A stretch of 64,000 nt of DNA from an uncultured delta proteobacterium (GCA_963808625.1 CAWEHK010000018.1:128001-192000), one strand, 5' to 3'. Positions 21,050 to 30,603 are shown, counted from the stretch's first letter. Numbers and translations: made by a program. Notes: a model not told the origin generated them from the letters alone.

Positions 21050-23008
21050 TTACGGCGATGCACCCCGACCGCCGGGGCAGTCGGGCAAAAGTCCCCGGGA
21101 GAAGAAAGTGCCGATCTCATCTCTCTCGTGAACAACGCGACAGGGGGGCAGGCTCTTGAGGAACATCTGACCATAGCTTTTGGTAAGCAGACGGACGTCG
21201 AATATGGCAATAACACCTCGATCTTGAGTAGAGCGAATGAGACGTCCCACTCCCTGTTTCAGCTGAATAATAGCCCTTGGAACCTGATAATGGAAGAAGG
21301 CATTCTTGCCTTGCTTGGCTAGATGGTCCATCCGGGCGGCAATCAGCGGGTCGTCCGGCACTTCGAAGGGGAGCTTGTCAATCAGCAGGCAACTCAAGGC
21401 CTCACCGGGAACGTCAACACCCTGCCAGAACGAACTGGTAGCGAGCAGGACCGAATCCACCTTCTCCTTGAATTCGGCCAGGAGAATGCGCTTTGGCTTC
21501 TGCCCTTGCATGAGCACGGTGAAGGGAAGATGATCCCGGAGCTCTTGATGGACTTCGTTCATGTTTCGATAACTGGTAAACAAAAGCAGGGCACGCCCTT
21601 GGCTTTTCATGAGAATTTGCAGGGCCTCGCGGGACAACTGCGAGCAAAAGCGAGGGTCCTGCGGCTCAGGGAACTGCGAAGGAATATATAAGAGCGACTG
21701 TCTTTCAAAGGAGAACGGTGACGAGAGCACTTTTTCTTTACTCTCCGGCGGAACACCGAGGGCATCCCGGAAGAAGCTAAAAGCTCCACCGACCGACAGC
21801 GTGGCTGATGTGAAGACCGAAGAGGGTGTTTTGGCGAATATTTCCTCTTGCAGGATGGAGTCTATCCGAACCGGAGTACCATGAAGGAAAACGGCATGTT
21901 GATTCACTTCATACCAGTATACAAGGGATGGGTTGCGTTGTTCGAGGATGTCCCGAATCGCCGAGGCCGCTTCGAGACCGCGGTTTATCAACGATTCACA
22001 GAGCGGGTGCTGATCGACCGAGGGAGACAGGAGAGCACTCAGTTGTTCGAGAGCACCCACCGTCTGCTGTGGAATCACAGGAAACTCCTGCCCGACCCGG
22101 TCGAGAGCCAAAGGGTAGCGCCCGGGAGACTTGTGCAGGCGCTGAAACTGATGATGCAGTTGACGGCCCAACACCTCCAATTGCCTGGCGATGTTTCGAA
22201 TCCCCTGGAGGTTGGCGGCATTTTTGAGTTCCTTTTGGCAACACCGGTCAAGATCGTGCACCAGTTCGGAAAGCCTGAGGTTGCTGAACTGCAGGCCGAA
22301 GTAGACCCCGACGATGTCTTCCAGTTGGTGGGCTTCGTCAAAAATAACGGCATCGTAGTGAGGGAGCACCCCTGCTCCTCTTTTTCGCAAGGCCAGATCG
22401 GCAAAAAAGAGATGGTGGTTGACCACCACCAGATCAGCCCGGGAGGCTTGGCCGCGAATCAGGCTGAGGAAACAGTGGGGTTGATCTTCGCATTTCTGTC
22501 CGAGACACTGATCACTGCTGGAACTCACTTCATTCCAAAATTGATAGTGGTCGGGGAGCCATGGAATCTCCGAGCGGTCTCCGGTTTTCGTGCGGGTGGC
22601 CCAACTCTGGAAACGATGGAAAGATTTGGCTTCCTCCCGGTTCCAGAAGGTCGGCTGATAGGTGAAATCCTTGAACCGGCGCAAGCAGAGGTAATTTTTG
22701 CGCCCTTTCAGGCAGACCGCCTGCAATCGAGGAGAAATGACTCTCTTGAGGACGGGAATGTCATGGTCCAGAATCTGGTCTTGCAGGGTTTTGGTGCCGG
22801 TGGAGACAATGGTCTTTTTCCCGCTCAGAATTGCCGGGATAAGATAGGCCCAAGTCTTGCCGGTCCCGGTGCCTGCTTCGACCAGCAGGGGTGTGCCCCC
22901 GGTCAGGCAGTCGAACACCTCGCTGGCCATTTCCTGCTGTGAGGCCCGGAATTCGAAAGTAGGGATCTTGGTGGAGAGCAGTCCTTCAGGACCAAAATAC
23001 CGCTGCAT
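21050..23008 (-). CDS. ATP-dependent DNA helicase, DinG/YoaA family
   Basis: EAGTGTGKT, KGRKNYLC, FDEAH, TSATL, FWQGVDVPG and KQGVGRLIR motifs. Confidence 0.93.
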   Translation of the reverse strand: MQRYFGPEGLLSTKIPTFEFRASQQEMASEVFDCLTGGTPLLVEAGTGTGKTWAYLIPAILSGKKTIVSTGTKTLQDQILDHDIPVLKRVISPRLQAVCLKGRKNYLCLRRFKDFTYQPTFWNREEAKSFHRFQSWATRTKTGDRSEIPWLPDHYQFWNEVSSSSDQCLGQKCEDQPHCFLSLIRGQASRADLVVVNHHLFFADLALRKRGAGVLPHYDAVIFDEAHQLEDIVGVYFGLQFSNLRLSELVHDLDRCCQKELKNAANLQGIRNIARQLEVLGRQLHHQFQRLHKSPGRYPLALDRVGQEFPVIPQQTVGALEQLSALLSPSVDQHPLCESLINRGLEAASAIRDILEQRNPSLVYWYEVNQHAVFLHGTPVRIDSILQEEIFAKTPSSVFTSATLSVGGAFSFFRDALGVPPESKEKVLSSPFSFERQSLLYIPSQFPEPQDPRFCSQLSREALQILMKSQGRALLLFTSYRNMNEVHQELRDHLPFTVLMQGQKPKRILLAEFKEKVDSVLLATSSFWQGVDVPGEALSCLLIDKLPFEVPDDPLIAARMDHLAKQGKNAFFHYQVPRAIIQLKQGVGRLIRSTQDRGVIAIFDVRLLTKSYGQMFLKSLPPCRVVHERDEIGTFFSRGLLPDCPGGRGASP

Positions 23009-23036
23009 GGTTCAGCTTTCGGGGAAGCGCCCGTGG

Positions 23037-25412
23037 TCAGAACAGGTCGGACTTGAAAAAGGATTCCGAAGCCGAGGCGGGGGTATAGGGTCTCCCCCCC
23101 ATTTCACCCTGCTGACCGGCTTCCGAAGGTGGCCCTCCTGAAAACGCTGCATAAACCCCGTTGGGATCATCGGCGCGTGTGACCATGCCGGAGTAGGAAT
23201 TCACTCTGGCAAACACCACCCCGGGGGGAATGGGAAAGCTTTCGAGGGGTTCATTTTTCAGCCATTCTTTCATGAAGTACAACCAGATCGGGCAGGCTGC
23301 CCGGCCTCCGGTTTCGCCCTTGCCCAGAGATAGCGTATGGTCGTCATAACCGACCCAGACCCCGGCGAGGGTCGAAGGAGTGTAGCCGACGAACCAGGCA
23401 TCTTTCATTTCGTTCGTGGTTCCTGTCTTTCCGGCTGCGGGTCGGCCGAGTTCCTTGGCTTTTTGACCGGTGCCTTCCTCGACCACGCCCTGGAGTAAAT
23501 TCGTCATGATGTAAGCCGTTTGCGGCGAAATCACACTCTCCCGCACCACCTGGTGCTCTTCCACCAAGCGACCTTTGCGATCAAGTATTTTTTCAATCAA
23601 ATAGGGCTGAACCCGTTCGCCCTGGTTGATGAAAGGCGTATAAGCGGTGATCAACTCCTCCAGGGTGACCCCTGAAGAACCCAGAGCGAGCGCCAGAGTA
23701 GGCGTTAAGGGGGACGTGACGCCCAGTTGTCTGGCGTAGTTTATGGCATAGTTGACGCCGATCTGCCCCAGGAGTTTCACAGTCACCACATTTCGGGAGT
23801 GGATCAAAGCCTTCCTGAAAAGAATCGGCCCCCAAAACTGCTGGTCGTAGTTGGCTGGTTTCCAGGGGCCTTTCAGGCTTCGATCATCCAACACGATCGG
23901 TGAATCGATGAGGATGGAAGCCTCCGTGAACCCTTTATCCAGAGCAGCAGCGTAAATAATCGGCTTGAAGGCGGAACCCGGCTGCCTGACCGCTTGCGTG
24001 GCACGATTGAACTGGCTCTTTTCGAAATCCCTGCCGCCAACCATACAAAGCACTCTGCCGGTTTCAGGGACCATCGCCATCAGCGCCCCTTCCATGCCCG
24101 GGTCCTGCTCCAAAACCGCCAGCCAGCTCTTATCATCCAGGAGCTTGTCGAGATGCACTCTGACGACATCTCCAACTCGAAACATCTTCGTCGCACGCTT
24201 GTCGGAAACCTGCGTCCATTGCCAACCCGACGGCGGCAGCTTGGCCGAAACGTCACCCAACCGAAGCAGGCATGTCTGGGTCTTGGGATCGTAGGCAGTC
24301 ACCAGGGCGGCAACGATTTTGCCCTGAGTCAGATCACCGTTTCTTTCCGTCAAGACTTTCAAAGTTGTCGGCCAGTCTTCTTTCGCTACGTTAAGATTGA
24401 CACCTCGATAACGACTGTGGCGTTTGTCCAGTTCCCTCAACCCGGCATCCAGGGCCTTTTGGGCTATTTCCTGAGCCCTGACATCCATGGTGGTATAAAT
24501 GGAGATGCCCTGTTTGTAGAGACCATCACGCCCATAGCGGGCTTCCACCTGGCGGCGGACTTCTTCGGTAAACGAGTTGAGTGCCTTCAGGGTCCAATGC
24601 TTCGGTTTGGCGAAATGCAGGGGCTGGGCAAGGGCTTTTCGCGCTTCCTCGGAAGTGAGGAATCCAACTTCCGCCATTCTCTTCAAAACATATTCCTGGC
24701 GATCTTTGGCCACAGAAAAGTTCTGAAGCGGCGAAAAGCGGCTCGGCGCCTTGGGCAGACCTGCCAGCATGGCACCCTCGGCAAGGCTCAGATCCCCAAC
24801 ATGCTTGTCGAAATAGGTCCGAGCGGCGGCTTCCACACCATAGGCGCCCGCCCCGAAATAGATCTGGTTCAGATAAAGGTAGAGAATCTCGTCCTTGCTC
24901 AACGAATGGTCGATCCGATAGGCGAGCGCGGCTTCCTTCAGCTTGCGCATCCAGGTCTTCTCGGGCGAGAGGAGCAGTGATTTAACCACCTGCTGCGTGA
25001 TGGTGCTCCCGCCCTGGACTATTTCCCCGGCTTCAAGATTCTTCAACGAGGCCCGGATGATTCCAAGCAGATCCACCCCTCCGTGCTCATAAAAGCGGGC
25101 GTCTTCCGAAGCGAGAAAAGCCTTCACAACGTAAGGAGGAACTTCCTGCAGCGGCACCAGGAAGCGACGCTCCGTATAGAATTCGCCGATCAATGACCCA
25201 TTGGCGGCGTAGACGCTGGAAACCAAAGGCGGATGGTAGTTCCTGAGTGACTGGGTGCTCGGGAGGGAGCGGTCCAGTTCGATGTAAAAAACTATAAGCG
25301 CAAGCCCGGCGGCAACCACCAAGCCCGTAACGAGAGTCAAAAAGCCAAATGCAAGCCAGCGTATGGGGCCCTTTTTCGCAGGCATCCTTTTGCGCGGTGA
25401 TGCACGTCTCAT
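23037..25412 (-). CDS. mrcA: Penicillin-binding protein 1A (class A, transglycosylase + transpeptidase)
   Basis: EDARFYEH, GGSTITQQ, RKLKE, SAFK, SRN and KTG motifs. Start chosen from a GAGGTG SD. Confidence 0.92.
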   Translation of the reverse strand: MRRASPRKRMPAKKGPIRWLAFGFLTLVTGLVVAAGLALIVFYIELDRSLPSTQSLRNYHPPLVSSVYAANGSLIGEFYTERRFLVPLQEVPPYVVKAFLASEDARFYEHGGVDLLGIIRASLKNLEAGEIVQGGSTITQQVVKSLLLSPEKTWMRKLKEAALAYRIDHSLSKDEILYLYLNQIYFGAGAYGVEAAARTYFDKHVGDLSLAEGAMLAGLPKAPSRFSPLQNFSVAKDRQEYVLKRMAEVGFLTSEEARKALAQPLHFAKPKHWTLKALNSFTEEVRRQVEARYGRDGLYKQGISIYTTMDVRAQEIAQKALDAGLRELDKRHSRYRGVNLNVAKEDWPTTLKVLTERNGDLTQGKIVAALVTAYDPKTQTCLLRLGDVSAKLPPSGWQWTQVSDKRATKMFRVGDVVRVHLDKLLDDKSWLAVLEQDPGMEGALMAMVPETGRVLCMVGGRDFEKSQFNRATQAVRQPGSAFKPIIYAAALDKGFTEASILIDSPIVLDDRSLKGPWKPANYDQQFWGPILFRKALIHSRNVVTVKLLGQIGVNYAINYARQLGVTSPLTPTLALALGSSGVTLEELITAYTPFINQGERVQPYLIEKILDRKGRLVEEHQVVRESVISPQTAYIMTNLLQGVVEEGTGQKAKELGRPAAGKTGTTNEMKDAWFVGYTPSTLAGVWVGYDDHTLSLGKGETGGRAACPIWLYFMKEWLKNEPLESFPIPPGVVFARVNSYSGMVTRADDPNGVYAAFSGGPPSEAGQQGEMGGRPYTPASASESFFKSDLF

Positions 25413-25783
25413 GAATGGCACCTCATGAGGAACGATACTATCAGAACTGCGGCAGCAGAGGTCGGAAATCCGAAATAACCGCTCCGACATGCGGAACCCC
25501 GAATCAGAGGAAAGTCCGGAGCAACCTCTGCTAGTCCTCGAATGCGGCTTCAATGCATATTCTCCCCGAATGAACAACGAATTATCACGCCTTTCCAGTC
25601 AAGATATCGACCAAAGACAAGAACCCGCCATGGCTTTGCGTCGGCCGGCCGTTCCCGTTAAAGGAACATGCTTAGAACCAACTCAACCCTATATATCTAC
25701 CATATTCTATATTCGAGGAAAAGCACCTGAATCTAATGAAACCTCGAGTACTCAGTGAGGAAACAGAGGGCAACGCCATTTTC

Positions 25784-25812
25784 TTGACATTCGAGGACGC
25801 GGTCTCTAGCAT
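25784..25812 (+). promoter_or_regulatory. Putative sigma-70 promoter of the seleno-RiPP operon
   Basis: TTGACA-17 nt-TAGCAT, about 65 nt upstream of the ATG at 25877. Confidence 0.6.
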
Positions 25813-25876
25813 GATTTGCAGGCGGGGAGGATAGAATACGATTTGAGAAAAACCAGCTGACCGATGGAGCAAGAGC

Positions 25877-26191
25877 ATGGACACTAAGGAACTCAAGAAA
25901 GTTCTCGCCGGGTTGTGCTTTGCAACCCTGCTGTCCGGGGCCGGCCTTACCGCCGCAGGAGCAGCGAGCGGGTGAGGTGCAGGCCAGTCCGGCGCCGGCG
26001 GCGCCCAACCTCCCAAAAAAGAAGCTGGAAAAAGTGGGTGAGGAGGGACCCAACCCAGCGCAGTTAGCGTTGGAGAAAAAAGCAAAGAAGCGACTAAGGG
26101 TGACGGAAATGCCACCAGGTCCGGAACGGGTGGTGCAGAAGAGCAGAAGAAAGTCCCCGGCAAGAGCGGCTGAGGCGGGAGCAAGCAATAG
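25877..26191 (+). CDS. sbtA: SbtA-family RiPP precursor with three selenocysteines (UGA at 25973, 26039, 26171)
   Basis: GGAG SD. Translation MDTKELKKVLAGLCFATLLSGAGLTAAGAASGUGAGQSGAGGAQPPKKEAGKSGUGGTQPSAVSVGEKSKEATKGDGNATRSGTGGAEEQKKVPGKSGUGGSKQ, ending at TAG. All UGAs fall in SG-U-G and the gene is adjacent to a radical SAM maturase. Confidence 0.9.
25973..26012 (+). promoter_or_regulatory. SECIS-like hairpin 1
   Basis: GGCGCC-GGC-GGCGCC (25991-26005) with a lower GAGGT/ACCTC stem. Loop G is 22 nt after the UGA. Confidence 0.6.
26039..26073 (+). promoter_or_regulatory. SECIS-like hairpin 2
   Basis: CCAGCGC-AGTTA-GCGTTGG (26055-26073). Loop G is 22 nt after the UGA. Confidence 0.65.
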
Positions 26192-26213
26192 TGCAGGTTG
26201 CACTGGCCCCGCT
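26171..26213 (+). promoter_or_regulatory. SECIS-like hairpin 3 (spans the stop codon)
   Basis: TAGTGC-AGGTT-GCACTG (26189-26205) with a lower GGCGGG/CCCGCT stem. Resembles the TGCAGGTCTGCA apex of the E. coli fdhF SECIS. Confidence 0.75.
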
Positions 26214-26341
26214 TGTCAGGACATACCCTTCATTGCAGAAGAGAGCGAAGGTTACCGGTTTAACCGGGTGTTTCAGCACGATGTTTGTATTTTGGCCGTG
26301 TTCTATCCTCCCCCCGAATCAAACGACGAAAGCCTCGACCC

Positions 26342-27942
26342 GTGTATCAAGAGACTACGGATAGGATTGAAGCGATATATCCCGGATGCCGGCAGATTAT
26401 TCCATCCGACGCATGGGATCGTCTTGCAGGCGCCTGTGCCGCGGGCCGTGGACCGGAAGAACTGCCTCAGGTTTTGTCTCGGCAAGCGGATATGCTTTCC
26501 CTCCCCGGTTATTTGCCGGAGCTTGCGCTTCTGGAGTGGGCCCTCTTCCGAGTGAAAACCATTGAGCCCGATTACTCCCTGCCGGGCAATTCAATTGATA
26601 TCAACCCTTCTCTCCAGTTGCTCCGCTTCTCCTGGAAAAACCTGACGTTTCTGCTGACTGCCGCTGAGAATGACCCTTCTCCCCTCACGGAACCAGGTGA
26701 AGAATACGTGCTCGTCTGGCGGCATCCGAGAACCGTGAGGCCCTGGTCTGCCCTGCCACTCACGAAGATCTCCTGGTGCTCAAAATGGCGGCTGAGGAGA
26801 TCGATCCCAAACAGGTGGCCGCTGCCGGCAGGGTTACCCTTCATCAACTCGATTCAGCCATCGATCGAGCAGTGGGGAAGGGGTTGTTGATTGCCCCACC
26901 TTCGGGCATTCGGCGTGATCCCTCTTGTTTCCTTATGGATCATGAGATCGAGGAGGATTTCCTGTCGTCTCCCGTTTTCACCCTCCAATGGCATATCACC
27001 GGGGCTTGCGACCTTCACTGCAGGCACTGCTATGATCGGAGCGGCACGCATTCCCTCGAACCGGAACAAGCGCTGAAGGTCCTTGATGGACTCTCCGAAT
27101 TCTGCCGGAGCCGAAAGGTCAAGGGGCAAGTCTCCTTCACCGGCGGCAACCCCATGCTCTATCCCGCCTTCCTGGAGGTCTACCGGGCTGCCTCCGAGCG
27201 CGGCTTCGGCCTCGCCATCCTCGGCAATCCGGCGCCCCGGGAGCTGATCGAAGAACTGGTCGCCGTCGAGCCGCCCCTTTATTATCAGGTGAGCCTCGAA
27301 GGGCTGCGGGAACACAATGATTATATTCGCGGGCGCGGACATTTCGATCGCGTGCTTGAATTTCTCGAGGTGTTGCGCCATCTCGATATTTACTCAATGG
27401 TTATGCTCACGCTTACCAGGGACAACCTCTCTCAAGTGCTGCCTCTCGCTGAAATGCTTCGCGGCCACACTGACTTATTCACTTTTAACCGCCTCTCCCT
27501 GGTGGGCCGGGGCGCCGCCCTCAAACTCCCCTCCAAGAACGACTACAGGGTCTTTCTGGAGGCTTATTCGGAGGCTGCAGAGCGCAACTCCGTCTGCGCT
27601 TTGAAAGACAATCTGATCAACATTATCCATCACCAAAAGGGCTTGCCCGCCTTTGGCGGATGTACCGGCTATGGATGCGGAGCCGCCTTCAACTTCATTT
27701 CTCTTCTGGCGGATGGGAGCGTCCATGCCTGCCGCAAATTTCCGTCACCCATCGGAAACATCCTTCACACCAGTCTCGGGGAACTCTACGACTCCGAACC
27801 CGCCCGGCGCTACCGTTCCGGCTCCCGTGCCTGCCGGTCCTGTGCCATAAAGCCCGTATGCGGGGGCTGCCTGGCGATCGCTCACAGCTTCGGACTTGAC
27901 GTGTTTGAAGACCGCGACCCCTATTGCTTTATCGCGGAGTGA
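26342..27942 (+). CDS. sbtM: SbtM-family radical SAM/SPASM peptide maturase (apparent 1-nt deletion near 26735)
   Basis: LQWHITGACDLHCRHC (CxxxCxxC), FTGGNP and SPASM cysteines GGCTGYGCGA..HACRKF..CRSC..CGGC..DPYC. The N-terminal domain lies in the upstream frame and joins as ..HPRT(G)EALVCPATHEDLLVLKM.. Confidence 0.88.
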
Positions 27943-27997
27943 TCGGACTATAGCCTCCTGCAACCGCTCGGGAGCAGCAAGCCTTCTCGATCCTCAC

Positions 27998-29155
27998 TCA
28001 CGCAAAAAGGTCCTGTTTCTTCATGAGTTCTCGGAAGATGATCAGTTTCTGCACGTCCTGGGTGCCCTCGCCCAGCGATGCTGCCCAGGCATCCATGGGG
28101 TACTTATGGATAGGATGTTCGAAGATGACCGAGGCAGCACCAAAAAGGTCCGCAGCCCACACCCCGATCTCTCTTGCCGCCTCCACCGCAAGGTATTTCG
28201 CCACGGATGATTCCAGACGAAAGTCCAACCCCTGATCTTTAAGCCAGCAAGCCTTCCACAAGGTCAGCCCGGCGGCTTCGATCCTGCTGAAGAAGTGCGC
28301 AGCTTCGAACGATTTGGCCTGGAAATGGACTATGCTCTCATCGAACACCTTCCGCTTTCGAGCGTGTTCAAGGCCTTGTTCAAAAGCCCCCCTGGCCGTC
28401 CCCAACGTCAGTGCACTGATCGCGATCCGGCTGTGCGTGAAAATGTTCAGGACCTGCTGCAAGCCTTTGCCCCGTTCACCAACCAGGTTCTCATCGGGAA
28501 CATAGGCATCCTTGAAACGGAGCCGGGTAAGATCGGAAGGAATCCACACCCTTTTGTTAAGCTTCGTTCGGGAAATCCCCTGAGCCGACAGGTCCACCAG
28601 GAACATGGATAATCGCTGGTTTCTCGGGGCTTCCGGATCGGAAACGGCAGTAATGAGAGCCAAATCGCTGATGGTCCCATTAGTAACGTATGCTTTGGTT
28701 CCGTTCAGTAACCATCCGCCCTCAATGCGATCAGCCCTGGTCGCAATGCCGGCCACATCACTTCCGGCGGTGGGTTCCGTGTTGCCAAGGCACATCAGAG
28801 TTTCCCCGAGAATGGCCGCAGGCAGAATGCGGGCGGCTTGCTCGGCATTCCCGCACAGGTAAAGTCCTTTAACCCCGAGGGAGATCTGCACGGCAACGGC
28901 AACGGCAACCCCCGGCGACAGCCTTGCCAGACATTCCATCAGGACGGCCTGTTTCAAGGCGGATTCCTCCTGTATGCCCTCATCGCCGGCAACGAAACCC
29001 AGCCAGCCAGTCCCTCCCAGTTCCTGGAAGAAATCACCCGGAATGACCCCGTCTTCATACCATTGCGATAGCCGCGGCCGAAGACGCTTATCGAGAAAGG
29101 CCTGAAAACGATTCAGCTCTTCACTTATCTCTTGCGGCAAGGAAAAGTTCATCAC
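27998..29155 (-). CDS. Acyl-CoA dehydrogenase family protein
   Basis: TEPTAGSD, LNGTKAYVTNG and GEGTQDVQKLII motifs. Confidence 0.9.
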   Translation of the reverse strand: MMNFSLPQEISEELNRFQAFLDKRLRPRLSQWYEDGVIPGDFFQELGGTGWLGFVAGDEGIQEESALKQAVLMECLARLSPGVAVAVAVQISLGVKGLYLCGNAEQAARILPAAILGETLMCLGNTEPTAGSDVAGIATRADRIEGGWLLNGTKAYVTNGTISDLALITAVSDPEAPRNQRLSMFLVDLSAQGISRTKLNKRVWIPSDLTRLRFKDAYVPDENLVGERGKGLQQVLNIFTHSRIAISALTLGTARGAFEQGLEHARKRKVFDESIVHFQAKSFEAAHFFSRIEAAGLTLWKACWLKDQGLDFRLESSVAKYLAVEAAREIGVWAADLFGAASVIFEHPIHKYPMDAWAASLGEGTQDVQKLIIFRELMKKQDLFA

Positions 29156-29231
29156 GCGACTCCTGTGTTAGAGTTCAGTGGGTGACTATCTCGAAACCCC
29201 TTTCAGCCGAGGAAATACTTCGTTTCAAGAA

Positions 29232-29303
29232 ACCACGGCAACGGCGCAGAGGTCGCGGTGACAACAGGACCAAAGAGTTTTGCGTCCTCTGCCTCTCTGC
29301 GGC
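29232..29303. repeat. Degenerate REP-like palindrome related to 3957..4026
   Basis: GGCGCAGAGG left arm and TGCGTCCTCTGCCTCTCTGCGG right arm. Confidence 0.4.
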
Positions 29304-29337
29304 ACAAGAAGAACTCCTCCAACCAAAATCGGCACAA

Positions 29338-30603
29338 TTACTTCACCAGCAAGAGGCTCAGCGGAGGGAAGAAGGTGATGATCGCGAGAGCCACCAGGAG
29401 GATGGCAATGAAGGGAAGGGATGCGTAATAAAGATAGATAACCGATTTTTCGAACCTCAGGCTCGCAATGAGAAGGTCCATGCCGATCGGAGGAAGCGAA
29501 TAGCCGATTTGGAGGTTGGTGAGAAAGATGATCCCCAGGTGCAGCAGGTCCACTCCATAGCTCTTGGCAATGGGTACGATTAGAGGCACCACAATAACCA
29601 GGGCGGAGAAAATGTTGAGGACGCAGCCGACCCCGAGCAGGAACAGGTTCAAGATGAAGAGAAAAGCGACCTTGCTTTCGACGTGGGCGCGCATGAAGCT
29701 CAAAATCTTGTTCGGCACCTGCTGGTCGATCAGGAAGCTGTTGAAGGCAAGAGATGCGCCCAGAATCACCACAATGGCGCCCACCATCATTACCGTTTTC
29801 ATGATGGTGGACGGCAAATCCTTTATCTTGATTTCCCGGTGGATGGCCATCTCCACAAAGAGCACATAAATGGCCGTAATCGCTGCGGCTTCACTCAGTG
29901 CCAGGTAACCGCTGAAGATCCCGCCCAGGACTACCACGGGAAGAAGGATTTCCCAGAGGGCTTCGCGGAGGGCCGCGAGGATTTCGCGGAAACTGAAATT
30001 GTCATGGGCGCCGGTGGTTCCGCACCGAATGCCCTGGACCATGCCGTAGAGGGAAAGCAGAACCAGCATGAGCACACCGGGCAAAACCCCCGCCAGGAAA
30101 AGATCGGCGGTATTGATGTCGGCGACCATGGCATAGATGATCAGAGGAAGGCTGGGAGGGAAGAGCAGTCCGAGGCTTCCGCAGGTGGTCAGCAGCCCGA
30201 GGGAGAACTTTTCCGGGTACTTGTCGGCGATCAGTGCAGGCAGCATCAACCCGCCGAGGGCGACAATGGTAATTCCGGAAGCGCCGGTAAGCGCCGTAAA
30301 AAAAGAACAGGTGATGAGCGAGACGATGGCCAATCCTCCGGGCGCCCGCCCCATGATCGCCGCCGATAGCCTGACCAGCCTCCTGCTGGCCTGGCTTTCC
30401 CCGAGCACGTATCCGGCGAAGGCAAAAAGCAGGAGGGCAATCAGAATGGGACTGGCCGCCAGGCGGTACATTTCGATGATGACTGCGGAGAGGTCCACGC
30501 CCAGGGAATGCAGGCACAACAGGGCGCCGGCGGAGATCACCAGGAACAGCGGGGCCCCGGAAAAAGCCACCAGGATCAGCAAGACAGTCAGCAGCAGCGT
30601 CAT
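29338..30603 (-). CDS. dctM: TRAP transporter large permease
   Basis: About 12 TM segments, GGLAIV, GSLGLLFPPSLPLIIY, DLFLAGVLPG and YGVDLLHLGII motifs. Confidence 0.9.
   Translation of the reverse strand: MTLLLTVLLILVAFSGAPLFLVISAGALLCLHSLGVDLSAVIIEMYRLAASPILIALLLFAFAGYVLGESQASRRLVRLSAAIMGRAPGGLAIVSLITCSFFTALTGASGITIVALGGLMLPALIADKYPEKFSLGLLTTCGSLGLLFPPSLPLIIYAMVADINTADLFLAGVLPGVLMLVLLSLYGMVQGIRCGTTGAHDNFSFREILAALREALWEILLPVVVLGGIFSGYLALSEAAAITAIYVLFVEMAIHREIKIKDLPSTIMKTVMMVGAIVVILGASLAFNSFLIDQQVPNKILSFMRAHVESKVAFLFILNLFLLGVGCVLNIFSALVIVVPLIVPIAKSYGVDLLHLGIIFLTNLQIGYSLPPIGMDLLIASLRFEKSVIYLYYASLPFIAILLVALAIITFFPPLSLLLVK

Noticed and set aside
25973..26173. UGA reassigned genome-wide (Trp/Gly) or the UGAs being sequencing errors
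   Set aside because: pyrF, serA and ddl end at TGA at their expected C-termini. The apparent errors elsewhere are indels, not three identical substitutions in one motif.
25920..26555. 211-aa plus-strand ORF, and minus-strand ORFs 25672..26184 and 25733..26203, covering the precursor region
   Set aside because: Shadow frames with no motifs. The UGA-containing frame has the SD, leader, repeated motif and SECIS-like hairpins.
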